Part shown: positions 18,701 to 27,586 of the stretch, piece after piece
Numbering within the stretch: position 1 is the stretch's first letter
Layout: each line of letters starts with the position of its first letter
Assembly (NCBI GenBank): GCA_902787955.1
Contig: CADAIJ010000010.1
Span: 1,942 to 65,941, forward strand
Origin: an uncultured Erysipelotrichaceae bacterium
Lineage (GTDB): Bacteria; Bacillota_I; Bacilli_A; RFN20; CAG-826
Direction of reading: 5' to 3'
Length of the DNA stretch: 64,000 bases
Made by a program: the position numbers and the translations under genes
Notes under the pieces: generated by a model
Told to the model about the DNA's origin: nothing
What the model saw: only the letters and a program-made list of their open reading frames with translations
The model's database searches: none

Positions 18701-18883
18701 ACTAATTAAGACAACTAATAGAATAGTGTTTGGTTCTTTTAAGTAGAAGAAAGTAAGTGGAACCCCTACTGCAAAGATAGTAATTAAAACGACAAAAGGA
18801 ATAGCTACCCCGAGGACCGCGGCAACTTTAAGAGATATTGGCTTCTTAAAAAGAAGGTTATTATGTTCTTGCTTATTAGACAT
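15797..18883 (-). CDS. membrane protein with degenerate GGDEF and degenerate EAL domains; candidate c-di-GMP receptor/scaffold
   Basis: Start at ATG 18883 (MSNKQ...) with AAGGAGGAG SD. 2-3 N-terminal TM helices. GGDEF-like region with the active site replaced (..HFSNYTVAILLPE). C-terminal EAL fold with LLQPMV, AELLLR, CDQYSGSF (in place of DDFGTGYSS), KIGRYL, VGVE. Confidence 0.6.
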   Translation of the reverse strand: MSNKQEHNNLLFKKPISLKVAAVLGVAIPFVVLITIFAVGVPLTFFYLKEPNTILLVVLISVISVLFVLFGLTVYFGVKIALEVFYRGIYSVTKENYKNLTNSSKSLEKYTSNFVSINEVDELNKAIDELKVQLHDTEFLNFSNGYKNIPLDFLDKERNIVSLESFKENLVPIINSAQAFRNAVIEIYYQMDHDTLTKEETNRVISYAISLFKEYENVLYIINDDEKKGIYVYLPNFDTLSCLHEQLFTLMKTLSISKKTYDGLVTIPARFSLVAYPYSDVNEIFSDLRYAKRQGKVINFYIPNRLSDTANSKILQSSMSLNVMTKILKCLHDLPLSVADHESNLEKIETTFKLLAKHLNIDCAGIVSISNRHRGYDSIIHVENGNNTYFDRGKIVEYEILKVFSEVREEDGSYYFSTRKHTNPSLARILDKINITSGFYNMILDRGKLMGMCYFFNENGRELRINSYIREALYVVTSRLGEYILNIQREMTFSETFLEINSTLQASNTALYRVNPESYELTSFSQHMPTLFPNIKWGEKCYKVLYGLDAPCKDCPILTEKKKVSEIESGSRIETSLSVNVKNTYLRRMFIRLLENNEAVEDRFDRDLLINSYLSLVISMGNYYKVNSHGYLLLLNIDNLEELITKYGSEGALFLERGFLQRLKEKGIRRDNIFHFSNYTVAILLPEVGQANVVNIIESIYEASKEDYIYNETHNSFNITYLPIPYPMGYSTAEEFIKFAWKFKDSGNYASNKDFIYFADSDYSRSASRKRFMLSVIDDQFGNKTFSVLLQPMVKAGTKAIFGAELLLRIADDYRKIVFNADELVKVAAENGKISLISNALIEYIGNLYQQFGLTAFKVYGFHRLTINTDFSYFSDPNFFETIYSLINTYHFPKEFLGFEITEKEVFDHLDEFKKLSKSLHQRIALICDQYSGSFLSVDVLKELGFSEIKIGRYLVNGIDTDKNKYQTIKDLADVALSRGVKVALVGVENSDQYALLRDISKDIALQGYHFYKPLDKSTFIEALRQNK

Positions 18884-19622
18884 TTTCTCCTCCTTTAATA
18901 ACGTCATTATGAGAAATCTCACCAATGCAGGTAACAATAGCTTTACCTACAGAGGAGAACTCTTGTAAGACTTTAATATAACTATCTGTGGTTGCTGGAG
19001 TGTTTAACACTCTTTCAACAACCTTAACTGTAACAAATGGAACTTTATTGATATAGGCTGAGATACAAACCCCAACAGAAGTACAGTCAAAAACTAAATT
19101 GTTTTTATGACCAAACATATATCCACCCGTTTCAATGTTAGCAATTTTATTAGATGTATCGATAATTGTGTTAGAAGATATAAAACTAGCGATTTTATAT
19201 TTAGAGAATGATCTTTTTTCAATAGAAGATGCGACTAATTTCATAATTTCTTCTTCTGATTTAAAGTTAGGTGGAAAGCCAGGAAGTTGACCTAAACGGA
19301 CATTAGCCTCTCTTATTTGGTCAACGTCTCCAGCGATAACTCGTTTTGATATGGCTATTTCACCAGGTTTAAAGTCATCGTTAAAAGCGACACATTTACC
19401 TACCACAAAGATTAAAAGAACGAAGTATTTCTCAATTAAATAGTTTGTAAGCATCGCAGAGATATAAGAAGTATAAACATCATAAACAAGTAAGACTTCT
19501 TGGTTAAAAATCTTACCAATTTGAACTTTATAGTTATTCATTACTACTTCTTCTCGACGGTCAGTCATGACACTTTCGAAATATAAAACGTCATCATGAA
19601 CGCTACCAAGAATCATAATCAT
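18876..19622 (-). CDS. PNP/UDP phosphorylase-superfamily protein (MTA/SAH nucleosidase-like)
   Basis: MIMILGSVHDDV...VGKCVAFNDDFKPGEIAI...ETGGYMFGH resembles MtnN (MKIGIIGAMEEEV...TGSAGGL..GDVVI...ATGDSF). Divergent; assignment tentative. Confidence 0.4.
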   Translation of the reverse strand: MIMILGSVHDDVLYFESVMTDRREEVVMNNYKVQIGKIFNQEVLLVYDVYTSYISAMLTNYLIEKYFVLLIFVVGKCVAFNDDFKPGEIAISKRVIAGDVDQIREANVRLGQLPGFPPNFKSEEEIMKLVASSIEKRSFSKYKIASFISSNTIIDTSNKIANIETGGYMFGHKNNLVFDCTSVGVCISAYINKVPFVTVKVVERVLNTPATTDSYIKVLQEFSSVGKAIVTCIGEISHNDVIKGGENV

Positions 19623-19624
19623 AA

Positions 19625-21166
19625 TTAACGTTTACCCTCCTTTCTTTCAAATGGATTAGAAATAAGGAATTTCTCGTATTCTGCTTTTGGAATTGGACGA
19701 GAATAATAGAAACCTTGAATTGTATCGCATTTCGCTTTCTTTAAGACTTCAACTTGATCTTTATTATCAACACCTTCAGCGATAACTTCGAGTTCGTTAG
19801 CTTGGCAAAGTTCGATTAAGAATTTAACAATCGCACTAGCTTTCTTATCGGATTCAATGTTATCAATAAAGGATTTATCAATTTTAACCGCATCAAATGG
19901 CATCTTTCTTAAGTTACCAATGTTGGAGAAACCGACACCGAAGTCATCCATTAAAACACGAATGCCATGGTCTCTAAGTTTACGAATAACAGAACTTGCC
20001 ATAAAGGTATTAGTTTGAGAAGTTGATTCGGTAATTTCAATTTCAATTAAGGATGGGTTGATATCGTGTTTTTCAATCGTGGAGATAACTGAATCAAGGA
20101 AGTTCATCGAGTAGAATTCATGTAAAGAGAAGTTAATTGATACAGGAAGCACTCTTCTACCTTTTCTTTTAGCTTCATTTAAATCTTCACAAACACGGTT
20201 AAACACATAAGTATCAATGCTATGGATTAAACCAGCGTTTTCAGCGATAAAAATGAATTTAGAAGGTTCTAATAAACCGTGTGTTGGAGAATTCCATCTA
20301 ACAAGAGCTTCACTAGAAACAAATCTTTTCGCGGTTAAAGAGAATTTAGGCTGATAATAAACAACAAATTCATTGTTGGTTAAGGCTTTAGTAATTTCAT
20401 CAATTTCGGATTTAGAGGAATGCTTACGGAAAGATTCATGATAGAAAGTTAAAGATTCGAAGTTTCTTTCACTAACATCACGAGCGATAGAAGCATTTTC
20501 AATATCCTCGATTAATGGAGATTCATAGTTAACTTCGGTAACACCAAAGAATGGTTGAACCCAGACATGTAAATCTTCATCCTCGGCGATTCTAAATAAA
20601 TCATTAGAAATAGCGTTAACTAGGTTTTTAATATGGTCATCTTCATCAGAAACAGTGTACACATAGAATAAACCCTTGTTATACGCGAAGGCACTATCAC
20701 GATGGAGTAAACCTTTATCTTTATCAAAATAAGAAGTTAAGAAGTCCGCTATTTTGGCAGAGAAACTAATAATAGATTCATCGTGAGAAGTGTTCTCCAT
20801 GACTGATTGGTTCGCCGCGGAGAAGATAGTAATATATTGTTTTTTCTTACGGTTTAAGAACGATTTTTTAAGAAGAGACACTCTAACTTCAAAAGACGCT
20901 AAGTTAAAGAATGTTGTCTTTTTACCTAAGGCGTATAAGTTTTCATTTTCAAGGTTAATCTTCTTTTGAGTTTCTTGAGTAAATCTCATGAAGAAGAACA
21001 TTGCTGCGGAAATAACAGCAGGAACAAGAATAATTAATAAAATAGCAATAGCAGGATGTTCCTTAAGCATGCCATTAAGTTCAAAAATGAATGAAAGAAC
21101 AAAGCCAGCAAGGAAAATGGTGCCTGTTGTTATAAATAATGCAAGATATCTTCTACGTAGGTTCAT
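19625..21166 (-). CDS. membrane-anchored c-di-GMP phosphodiesterase (2 TM + degenerate GGDEF-like + EAL)
   Basis: EAL domain with YYQP, EALVRW, DDFGVGFSN, KIDKSF, EGVD and QGFYYSRP motifs all intact. Start overlaps the stop of the upstream SipW gene. Confidence 0.75.
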   Translation of the reverse strand: MNLRRRYLALFITTGTIFLAGFVLSFIFELNGMLKEHPAIAILLIILVPAVISAAMFFFMRFTQETQKKINLENENLYALGKKTTFFNLASFEVRVSLLKKSFLNRKKKQYITIFSAANQSVMENTSHDESIISFSAKIADFLTSYFDKDKGLLHRDSAFAYNKGLFYVYTVSDEDDHIKNLVNAISNDLFRIAEDEDLHVWVQPFFGVTEVNYESPLIEDIENASIARDVSERNFESLTFYHESFRKHSSKSEIDEITKALTNNEFVVYYQPKFSLTAKRFVSSEALVRWNSPTHGLLEPSKFIFIAENAGLIHSIDTYVFNRVCEDLNEAKRKGRRVLPVSINFSLHEFYSMNFLDSVISTIEKHDINPSLIEIEITESTSQTNTFMASSVIRKLRDHGIRVLMDDFGVGFSNIGNLRKMPFDAVKIDKSFIDNIESDKKASAIVKFLIELCQANELEVIAEGVDNKDQVEVLKKAKCDTIQGFYYSRPIPKAEYEKFLISNPFERKEGKR

Positions 21167-22098
21167 TATTTGCCGCCTTTCTTTTTCATCATTTCATCTA
21201 ATAATTCTTGTTTGAGTTTCTTTTTCTCTTCTTCACTGAAGCCATCTAATGAACTTGAATCAGATCCTCCTGGCTTTTTATCGCCTTTTGGATTATCTCC
21301 TCCACTAGCGCCTTCTTCAGGTTCTTTAACCGCCTTAAATATATCTAAGACAGAAGTGACAATAAGATATGAAGCTGGAATTAAGAGTAAAACAATTAAA
21401 CCCCAAGGAGTTGTAATGAAATACAAAAGTCCACCTAAAACAGGACTATTTAATATTACCACACCAAAGAGTTCTTTTTCGGTGAAAGTTTGATATTGAC
21501 CGAATTGGGATTTATAGCCTTCTTTATTAGTGCCAGAGGTAAAGAAGATATATCTTCCTTCGCCAAGAGGCTTAGATTCATCAATTTGAATTTCTCTTAA
21601 ACGGTGGGTCATTGGATAATTAGTTGGTGAAGTTGGATCACTTGGACCAATTTCCTTATCCCATTTAGTAATTCCGCCAGTAGTAGGAACATATGGGTAT
21701 CTTTGGTTATCGAAGAAAGTCAAATCAATAGTTTCTTCTTTTAAATACATTTGATAGATAGTTTCACAATCGTGTTTATGAGTAACAATTGCGGTATTTA
21801 CACCATATTCAGGAAGCATGGAATCAGTTTCAATAAGGAATGTTGAATAACCAAAGGCAACATTGCGGCCATAGTTTTCACCGCGATGAATCATTCCATC
21901 AATAACAAAAACACCAGCAAACACAAATACTGCGGCAAAGAAACCAGTAATAACCCATTCGATTATACGACGGGCTTTCGATTTTGGTTTCTTCTCTTTT
22001 TTATCAGTAGAGTCTTGAGGTTTAGCTTCATTATTAGCTTCACTTTCAGTAGCAGGTTTTTCTTCTACTGGAGTTTCTGTTTTCTTTTCTTCATCCAT
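21166..22098 (-). CDS. sipW: SipW-type (archaeal/ER-type, family S26B) signal peptidase I with long charged N- and C-terminal extensions
   Basis: TM helix; Ser box ..LIETDSMLPE (cf. SipW VLSGSMEP); His box MTHRLREIQI...FFTSGTNKEG (cf. SipW VTHRIVDIT...FKTKGDNN); C-terminal TM LGGLLYFITTPWGLIVLLLIP. ~50-aa acidic/K-rich N-tail and ~60-aa G/S/D/K-rich C-tail, which the ~190-aa B. subtilis SipW lacks. Confidence 0.7.
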   Translation of the reverse strand: MDEEKKTETPVEEKPATESEANNEAKPQDSTDKKEKKPKSKARRIIEWVITGFFAAVFVFAGVFVIDGMIHRGENYGRNVAFGYSTFLIETDSMLPEYGVNTAIVTHKHDCETIYQMYLKEETIDLTFFDNQRYPYVPTTGGITKWDKEIGPSDPTSPTNYPMTHRLREIQIDESKPLGEGRYIFFTSGTNKEGYKSQFGQYQTFTEKELFGVVILNSPVLGGLLYFITTPWGLIVLLLIPASYLIVTSVLDIFKAVKEPEEGASGGDNPKGDKKPGGSDSSSLDGFSEEEKKKLKQELLDEMMKKKGGK

Positions 22099-22100
22099 AG

Positions 22101-23795
22101 TTATTCAGCTTCCCCTCCTTCCTCTTTCTTTTCTTCATCTAAAAGTTTTTCAGAACCATCCTCATCGTTTTGTTCTTCGGATTCATCTTCTACACTTTGT
22201 TCTTCGGAATCTTTATTTTCTTCTAAAGACTCTTCATCCTCTTCAGATTCTTCAGCAGGAATTTCTTCATCTTCTTCCGCAGGAGTTTCTTCATTTTCAT
22301 CAGCTGAAAGTTCTTCAATAGGTTCTTCAACTACTTCATTTTCTTCAGTTAAAGGCTCAGAAGTCGCTTCGATTGGACTATTTGTCTCATCCACAGGAGT
22401 TTCTGCAGGTTTTTCTTCAATAACTGGTTCTTCAGGAATATCAAATTCATCAGTCTTAGCAGTATCGATAAGTTTTTGTCTTTCTTCTTCGATACGTTGT
22501 TGTTCGGCAAGACGAATATCTTCAAGACGTTTACGTTCAGCCTCAGCTTCTTCTTTTTGTCTTTTAGCGATAATATTTTGTACTTTCTTTTCCCAAGCTT
22601 TTTGTTCTTTTTCTTTACGCTTGGCGAGCTTCTCTTTTTCAGATTGTTCTTCTTTATTCTTTTTCTTTTGTTCTATCTCTTCTTTGTAGTATTCTTTTTC
22701 GAGTTTAGTTGGACGGACTGGGAGATCTTCTTTAACTAAAGAATTAAGATATTGTTGATATGCTTCATCAACACGAACATATTCCACTGGTCCTTTTAAA
22801 AGCTCATCATAGATGAATGGCTCATCGTCAAGAGATTTAAGAAGTTTTGGTTTATATACTCTATTTTTAGCTTTGAGTTTGTTCTTTTTGTCTTTAGATT
22901 TAAGCGCTAAATAGTTGGCAAACATTACCATATTGAGCTCTTTAAGTTCTTTTTCATTATAATTAAAGACATCTTCATTAACTTTATAAGCAACTCCTAA
23001 GTTTTCATAACGTTGAATGAAGTTAAATAATTCATAACATTTATGATATTTTGGGTTCTTTCTTAAGATGTTAGTCATAACGATAGGAGCACGAACATCG
23101 TGATCGGTCTTCATCGTTCTCATGAAGTTAGAGTTATAGTAATAAAGCACATATTCTCTAATATTTTTAATTCTTTCGATATATGAGTTAGATGATTGAG
23201 CAACCGCGTTTTCAGCGTTAGAACGAACTTTGACTTTGGTTTCTACTTCAACTTCTTCACCACCGATAATGGCTTTAGATTTGTAATATAAAATTTCTTC
23301 ATCGTGTAAAGGAGCGAAACCTTTAACGAATTCATAACGTTTTTCAACGAAAATAACTAATCTTCTAACAAGTGTAGCGATAAATCTATTTTCGTAAGTA
23401 TGAATATCAGTTTCGTTAGCGATATTTAAAATTTTAGAAGGAATAACTTGTCCACGTTCATCAACAGTTTTGATGTATTGAGTGTGGCTTGCTAAATGTC
23501 GAACTGATTCAGCGTTTGTTTTTCTAGCTAATTCAACAGGAACTAAATTAGCAACTGAAGCGGTAACTTCACGAGGATTAGTAATAATATCACCTAAGTC
23601 AAATAAGCAGTCTTCAATCTTTTTAATCCAGCTTAAGTCGAAGGAAGAGGATTCAACTCTATCCATTCTCATATAGGAATTTTGGCCTTCAGAAAGATGT
23701 GTCAAAGCTTCACGAGCGGTTTCGTCAGTGAAGAGTGATTTTGTCTTGGTGATATATCTACCAAAGAGTTTTTTGTTACGATTACGAACTGCCAT
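22101..23795 (-). CDS. hypothetical protein: ~330-aa globular N-domain + ~230-aa E/K/D-rich coiled-coil and acidic tail; possible partner of the adjacent McrB-like GTPase
   Basis: Tightly coupled downstream of the McrB-family gene (12-nt gap). The C-terminal half is a low-complexity EEQ/KEE/EEDEE repeat. I could not see a PD-(D/E)xK nuclease motif. Confidence 0.4.
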   Translation of the reverse strand: MAVRNRNKKLFGRYITKTKSLFTDETAREALTHLSEGQNSYMRMDRVESSSFDLSWIKKIEDCLFDLGDIITNPREVTASVANLVPVELARKTNAESVRHLASHTQYIKTVDERGQVIPSKILNIANETDIHTYENRFIATLVRRLVIFVEKRYEFVKGFAPLHDEEILYYKSKAIIGGEEVEVETKVKVRSNAENAVAQSSNSYIERIKNIREYVLYYYNSNFMRTMKTDHDVRAPIVMTNILRKNPKYHKCYELFNFIQRYENLGVAYKVNEDVFNYNEKELKELNMVMFANYLALKSKDKKNKLKAKNRVYKPKLLKSLDDEPFIYDELLKGPVEYVRVDEAYQQYLNSLVKEDLPVRPTKLEKEYYKEEIEQKKKNKEEQSEKEKLAKRKEKEQKAWEKKVQNIIAKRQKEEAEAERKRLEDIRLAEQQRIEEERQKLIDTAKTDEFDIPEEPVIEEKPAETPVDETNSPIEATSEPLTEENEVVEEPIEELSADENEETPAEEDEEIPAEESEEDEESLEENKDSEEQSVEDESEEQNDEDGSEKLLDEEKKEEGGEAE

Positions 23796-23807
23796 TTAGA
23801 CCTCTAA

Positions 23808-25325
23808 TTAGATTGATTTAAGTAAGTTTTGAATATAGGCGTGAGCCATTGGGAAAGTATTCTTTCCGTATAATTTATCGAGTTGAACTTCGAGTTCTTT
23901 AAGTTCGTCTTTTAAGAAAGCGATATTTAAAGATTCGAATTTCTTTAAGATTTTGTTTGTAAAGATAAAGTCAAAGCCATCGGTTTCTTTACCACCTGTC
24001 GCAACAAAGACTGGGATAAAGGTATCGAGTTGTTTTAAGATACGGTTACCAAAGGCGAGTTTGAATTTTTTAATGACGAAGTTATCAAGAGTTTCAAATT
24101 TCTTAAGCATAGCTTCGGAAATTGGATAGTTAGAAACAGCTTCATCATACAATGATTTGATTTGAGCGTATGGAACAGAAATAGCTTCTTGGTTTTCTGC
24201 TTCAAATGGACGGCCTTTATCATCAAAGAATAAGGAAACCGCACGGTCATAGACCTTATCAGAAATTGTATAGGTACTATCATCGTTGTTCGCAGTGCCA
24301 AAGAAGATGATGTTTTGTGGAATTAATAACTTACCATCTTTGAGGTTCTTTGGATCCCCTGCCATTGGAGATGGAATTAAGTCGATTAACCAGTCAGCTG
24401 GATCTCTCATTTCCATGACGGATAAGAATTCAGCAAAGTAGTATTCAATACGTGCTAAGTTCATTTCATCGAGGACGATAACGTTTAAGTCTTTACGGTA
24501 AGTAGAAACATATAATGCTCTTAAGAATTCAGATTCATTGAACTTCTTAGTGAATTCGTTATAGTAACCGATAAGTTCAGATCTATCTTTCCAAGATGGT
24601 TGAACTGGAATGATAGAGGAGTCAAAACTAAAGAATTTACCTAAAGCATAGGCCATGGAAGTTTTACCTGTACCAGAGATACCTTCTAAGATAATTAGCT
24701 TAGAAGTGGCCATACCTGCAAATAATTGTCTAATTGTTTCAATTTTATAGTAAAGATGTAATTGGCTTGCCGCATAATTTCTAAAAGCGTTACATAATTC
24801 TTCAAGTGATAAGCCTTCTTTATATGGAACAGACATATCAACACCGTTATAGGAATTATCAACACGGACAAGTTTTGGGAAACGAGATGTAACTTCTTCG
24901 ACAACTTCTTGGTCTTGTTTAGACATTTCACCAGGTTTAACGCCCATATAAGCAGTCTTTAAGTTGAGGATTTTATCTTTTTCTTGAACAGCTTGATAGA
25001 GTTCAAATGATAATCTTTCAACTTGACGATAGAGTTCATCTTTTTCAAGTTCTCTTTTATAGAATTTGACGTATTTACGGATTAAAAGATATAAGCCAAA
25101 TCCAATACCTCCAATTAAACCGATAAATAAGAGGAGGAAAAGAATCCAGAAGAACCAGAACCAGAAATCTGGTGGATTGGAATAATGTTCAAGTAACGAA
25201 TTATAGTAATTGAAGTTAGCAGGAACATCCGCCCACGGGGAAGCGAAGGCTTTGTTAAAGAAAGTGCCTAGATCGCTAAAAAATCTGATTAATAATTCTC
25301 TTAAGTATTCAAAGTATGCACTCAT
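23808..25325 (-). CDS. membrane-anchored McrB-family AAA+ GTPase (AAA_5)
   Basis: Walker A GISGTGKTSMAYALGKF; Walker B VIVLDEMNLARIEYYFAEFLSVMEMRD (cf. McrB FIIDEINRANLSKVFGEVMMLMEH); NxxD motif FFGTANNDDST (cf. McrB GLMNTADRS). Unusual N-terminal TM segment FWFWFFWILFLLLFIGLIGGIGFGLYLLI. Confidence 0.65.
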   Translation of the reverse strand: MSAYFEYLRELLIRFFSDLGTFFNKAFASPWADVPANFNYYNSLLEHYSNPPDFWFWFFWILFLLLFIGLIGGIGFGLYLLIRKYVKFYKRELEKDELYRQVERLSFELYQAVQEKDKILNLKTAYMGVKPGEMSKQDQEVVEEVTSRFPKLVRVDNSYNGVDMSVPYKEGLSLEELCNAFRNYAASQLHLYYKIETIRQLFAGMATSKLIILEGISGTGKTSMAYALGKFFSFDSSIIPVQPSWKDRSELIGYYNEFTKKFNESEFLRALYVSTYRKDLNVIVLDEMNLARIEYYFAEFLSVMEMRDPADWLIDLIPSPMAGDPKNLKDGKLLIPQNIIFFGTANNDDSTYTISDKVYDRAVSLFFDDKGRPFEAENQEAISVPYAQIKSLYDEAVSNYPISEAMLKKFETLDNFVIKKFKLAFGNRILKQLDTFIPVFVATGGKETDGFDFIFTNKILKKFESLNIAFLKDELKELEVQLDKLYGKNTFPMAHAYIQNLLKSI

Positions 25326-25328
25326 AAA

Positions 25329-26480
25329 TTACATCTCCCTTAATATCTTAAATTCAATTTGAGCAAGGAACTTTGCTCCCATAGTTGTATTAATACAATA
25401 TAAATCCCAGCCTTCTAAGTATATAGAAAGCACGAATTTAGATGGTACATTTCGATAAACTGGAATAACGATTCCATCATCTAAATCGAATACATTTGTT
25501 TTGTCATAAGCCTTCTCAGTTTTGATAGATAAGCCACCTTCTTGAACAGCTTTATCATAATCAAATGGATGAGCATATTCATGTGAACTCGCGGTAAAAG
25601 CAGAAAATTTGCTATTTGGAGGTAAAATTGTACCAGTTCCGACTTCACCATAATATGAATCTGAGAAACGTTCATTTAAAACTTCACCATAAATAGTTTC
25701 ATAACGGCTGCTATTTTTAGTAAAGGTGTCATAGTAAGAATCTTTATCAATATCAAGTCTACCACCTAATAAAGTTGGTTTTGTTTTAGCAGTTTTGTTT
25801 GGATTATAAATATAGTAGTTATAATCATCACCGTTATTGACAAGGATTGAGATTCTCATCGCATTCGCTAAATTGTTTAAGCATTCATAGATATCATCTT
25901 CTTCGTAGCCACGGAATCCAACATCTTTAGATTCAAATAATTCGTGAGCAATTCTTCTATTCTCATCTATATCTGGAAGAATGGAGGTAGTTTCAGGATT
26001 GATGCTGACGTAAACGTCATCATCAGCGATTAAATAAAGATCTTGAGAATAGTAATTATTTAAGTAATCTCTTAAGTTATGATCTTCGTCATAAACTTTA
26101 TTAGATACTTCCTCTAAACGTGGTTCTTCTTCAAATGATAAAGCAGTTTGATATTCATAGAATTTTGGTTCTTCCGCTCTATCAGCGATTGGAGCAGTTT
26201 TATCAAACCATTTTGACTCATACATGGAAGAAACTGGAGAGAAGATTCTAGTGTGTTTTAATTCATTATCTTTAAGTTCGTTTTTAGTGTAACTTTCGAT
26301 GTCATCGATATCTTTGGTGGTTGAGATTCTTAAATCTCTAGTGGCTTTCATCTCAATATCAATCGTGTCTACATAGGCGCGCGATGAAGAAGCAAACCAA
26401 GCAACTGATACAGATAAAGAAATCGTCGCAAGTGAAATAACTGCTACTAAAGTAGAGATAAATGCGCGACGAATATTCAT
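25329..26480 (-). CDS. SipW-cognate secreted protein, TasA/camelysin-like paralog
   Basis: N-terminus MNIRRAFISTLVAVISLATISLSVSVAWFASSS; C-terminus ..SIYLEGWDLYC...AKFLAQIEFKI. Confidence 0.55.
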   Translation of the reverse strand: MNIRRAFISTLVAVISLATISLSVSVAWFASSSRAYVDTIDIEMKATRDLRISTTKDIDDIESYTKNELKDNELKHTRIFSPVSSMYESKWFDKTAPIADRAEEPKFYEYQTALSFEEEPRLEEVSNKVYDEDHNLRDYLNNYYSQDLYLIADDDVYVSINPETTSILPDIDENRRIAHELFESKDVGFRGYEEDDIYECLNNLANAMRISILVNNGDDYNYYIYNPNKTAKTKPTLLGGRLDIDKDSYYDTFTKNSSRYETIYGEVLNERFSDSYYGEVGTGTILPPNSKFSAFTASSHEYAHPFDYDKAVQEGGLSIKTEKAYDKTNVFDLDDGIVIPVYRNVPSKFVLSIYLEGWDLYCINTTMGAKFLAQIEFKILREM

Positions 26481-26482
26481 AA

Positions 26483-27586
26483 TTAATCAACTCTATTAAT
26501 TTGGAAAGTTAATCCAAGATTAAATTTGTGAGAAATCTCCTCATTAACAACATGGTGGTCCCAACCTTCAATGTAAATGGTTAATGTAGCTTCTCCTAAC
26601 GCACTTACAGTGTTCGCGGTTGTACAAATTTGTTTACCACCACTTAATACACCAGTACCATCATCAATAGGCTTGATGGAATTTAAAGTTTCATAATCTG
26701 CTTCAAGTGGACTTAAAGCATCCATGCTATCGTACCCATATACGCCTGGGAAATGTTTGCCAACAAAAGTTGATGGATCAGTATTACCAACTCCATTGAC
26801 ATCAACAAAATCACTCTCAGTTGCATAATATGTTCTAGCAGCACTTGGATTTGTGACATGGCCATAAACGATTTCGTTATCAGAATCATCATGATCGTAG
26901 AAACCATCATCATTAAGGTCTAAAAGACCCCCTACAGCATTGGAGGCAGCCCCTCCTTCTGCGGATGGATTGAAGATATACTTTGTATCTCCGTTCACAT
27001 GTACACGAATAGATTTATAAATCTCGCCATCGGTAAGGATATTCTTTGGATTTGCATCCGCGCCAGAAATCCAAACCTTTTGGTTTCTCGCATAGTAATT
27101 TGGAGATTCTGAAACTTCGTTAGTTCTAATGATTCTAAACACAAACGGAATCTGCACATATTGATTCTTTGTAGCAATATTATCGTTTTGTGCATGGCCT
27201 GCAATTAAGCATTCGGTCAATGATAAAGTATCACCATAGTGATATTCATTTGATGAAACTGGTCTTAATTCATTAGTGGCATAGCCAGAGAGTTCAAGAT
27301 ACCCGTTAATGGCGTCGGAATCGAGACCTTTACCAGGCTGAGCCCAAGCATACGAAACAGCATCTATAACTTCGGTAGTTAAACCGTAGCTAGATAGATT
27401 TTTGTCTGTTTTGATACCTATTTGTAATTGCTCACCAACAGTGACAGATGTTCCAGAATAGGACATTGTCGCTTTAGTGACGTAATTGAACCATGAAATG
27501 GATCCAGCGATAGAACCTAAGAAGGTGAACATAGTCGCTGCAATCAAAGTCGTGGTTAATAGGCCCGCTTTTCTTGAACTCTTCAT
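26483..27586 (-). CDS. SipW-cognate secreted protein, TasA/camelysin-like paralog
   Basis: N-terminus ..FLGSIAGSISWFNYVTKATMSYSGTSV; C-terminus ..TIYIEGWDHHV..HKFNLGLTFQI. Close paralog of 27699-28670. Confidence 0.55.
   Translation of the reverse strand: MKSSRKAGLLTTTLIAATMFTFLGSIAGSISWFNYVTKATMSYSGTSVTVGEQLQIGIKTDKNLSSYGLTTEVIDAVSYAWAQPGKGLDSDAINGYLELSGYATNELRPVSSNEYHYGDTLSLTECLIAGHAQNDNIATKNQYVQIPFVFRIIRTNEVSESPNYYARNQKVWISGADANPKNILTDGEIYKSIRVHVNGDTKYIFNPSAEGGAASNAVGGLLDLNDDGFYDHDDSDNEIVYGHVTNPSAARTYYATESDFVDVNGVGNTDPSTFVGKHFPGVYGYDSMDALSPLEADYETLNSIKPIDDGTGVLSGGKQICTTANTVSALGEATLTIYIEGWDHHVVNEEISHKFNLGLTFQINRVD

Noticed and set aside
21886-22739. Plus-strand ORFs 21886-22689 (S/F-rich) and 22476-22739 (F/L-rich)
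   Set aside because: These are antisense read-through of the low-complexity GAA/GAT-rich DNA encoding the acidic tail of the minus-strand protein 22101-23795. Homopolymeric composition, no SD.
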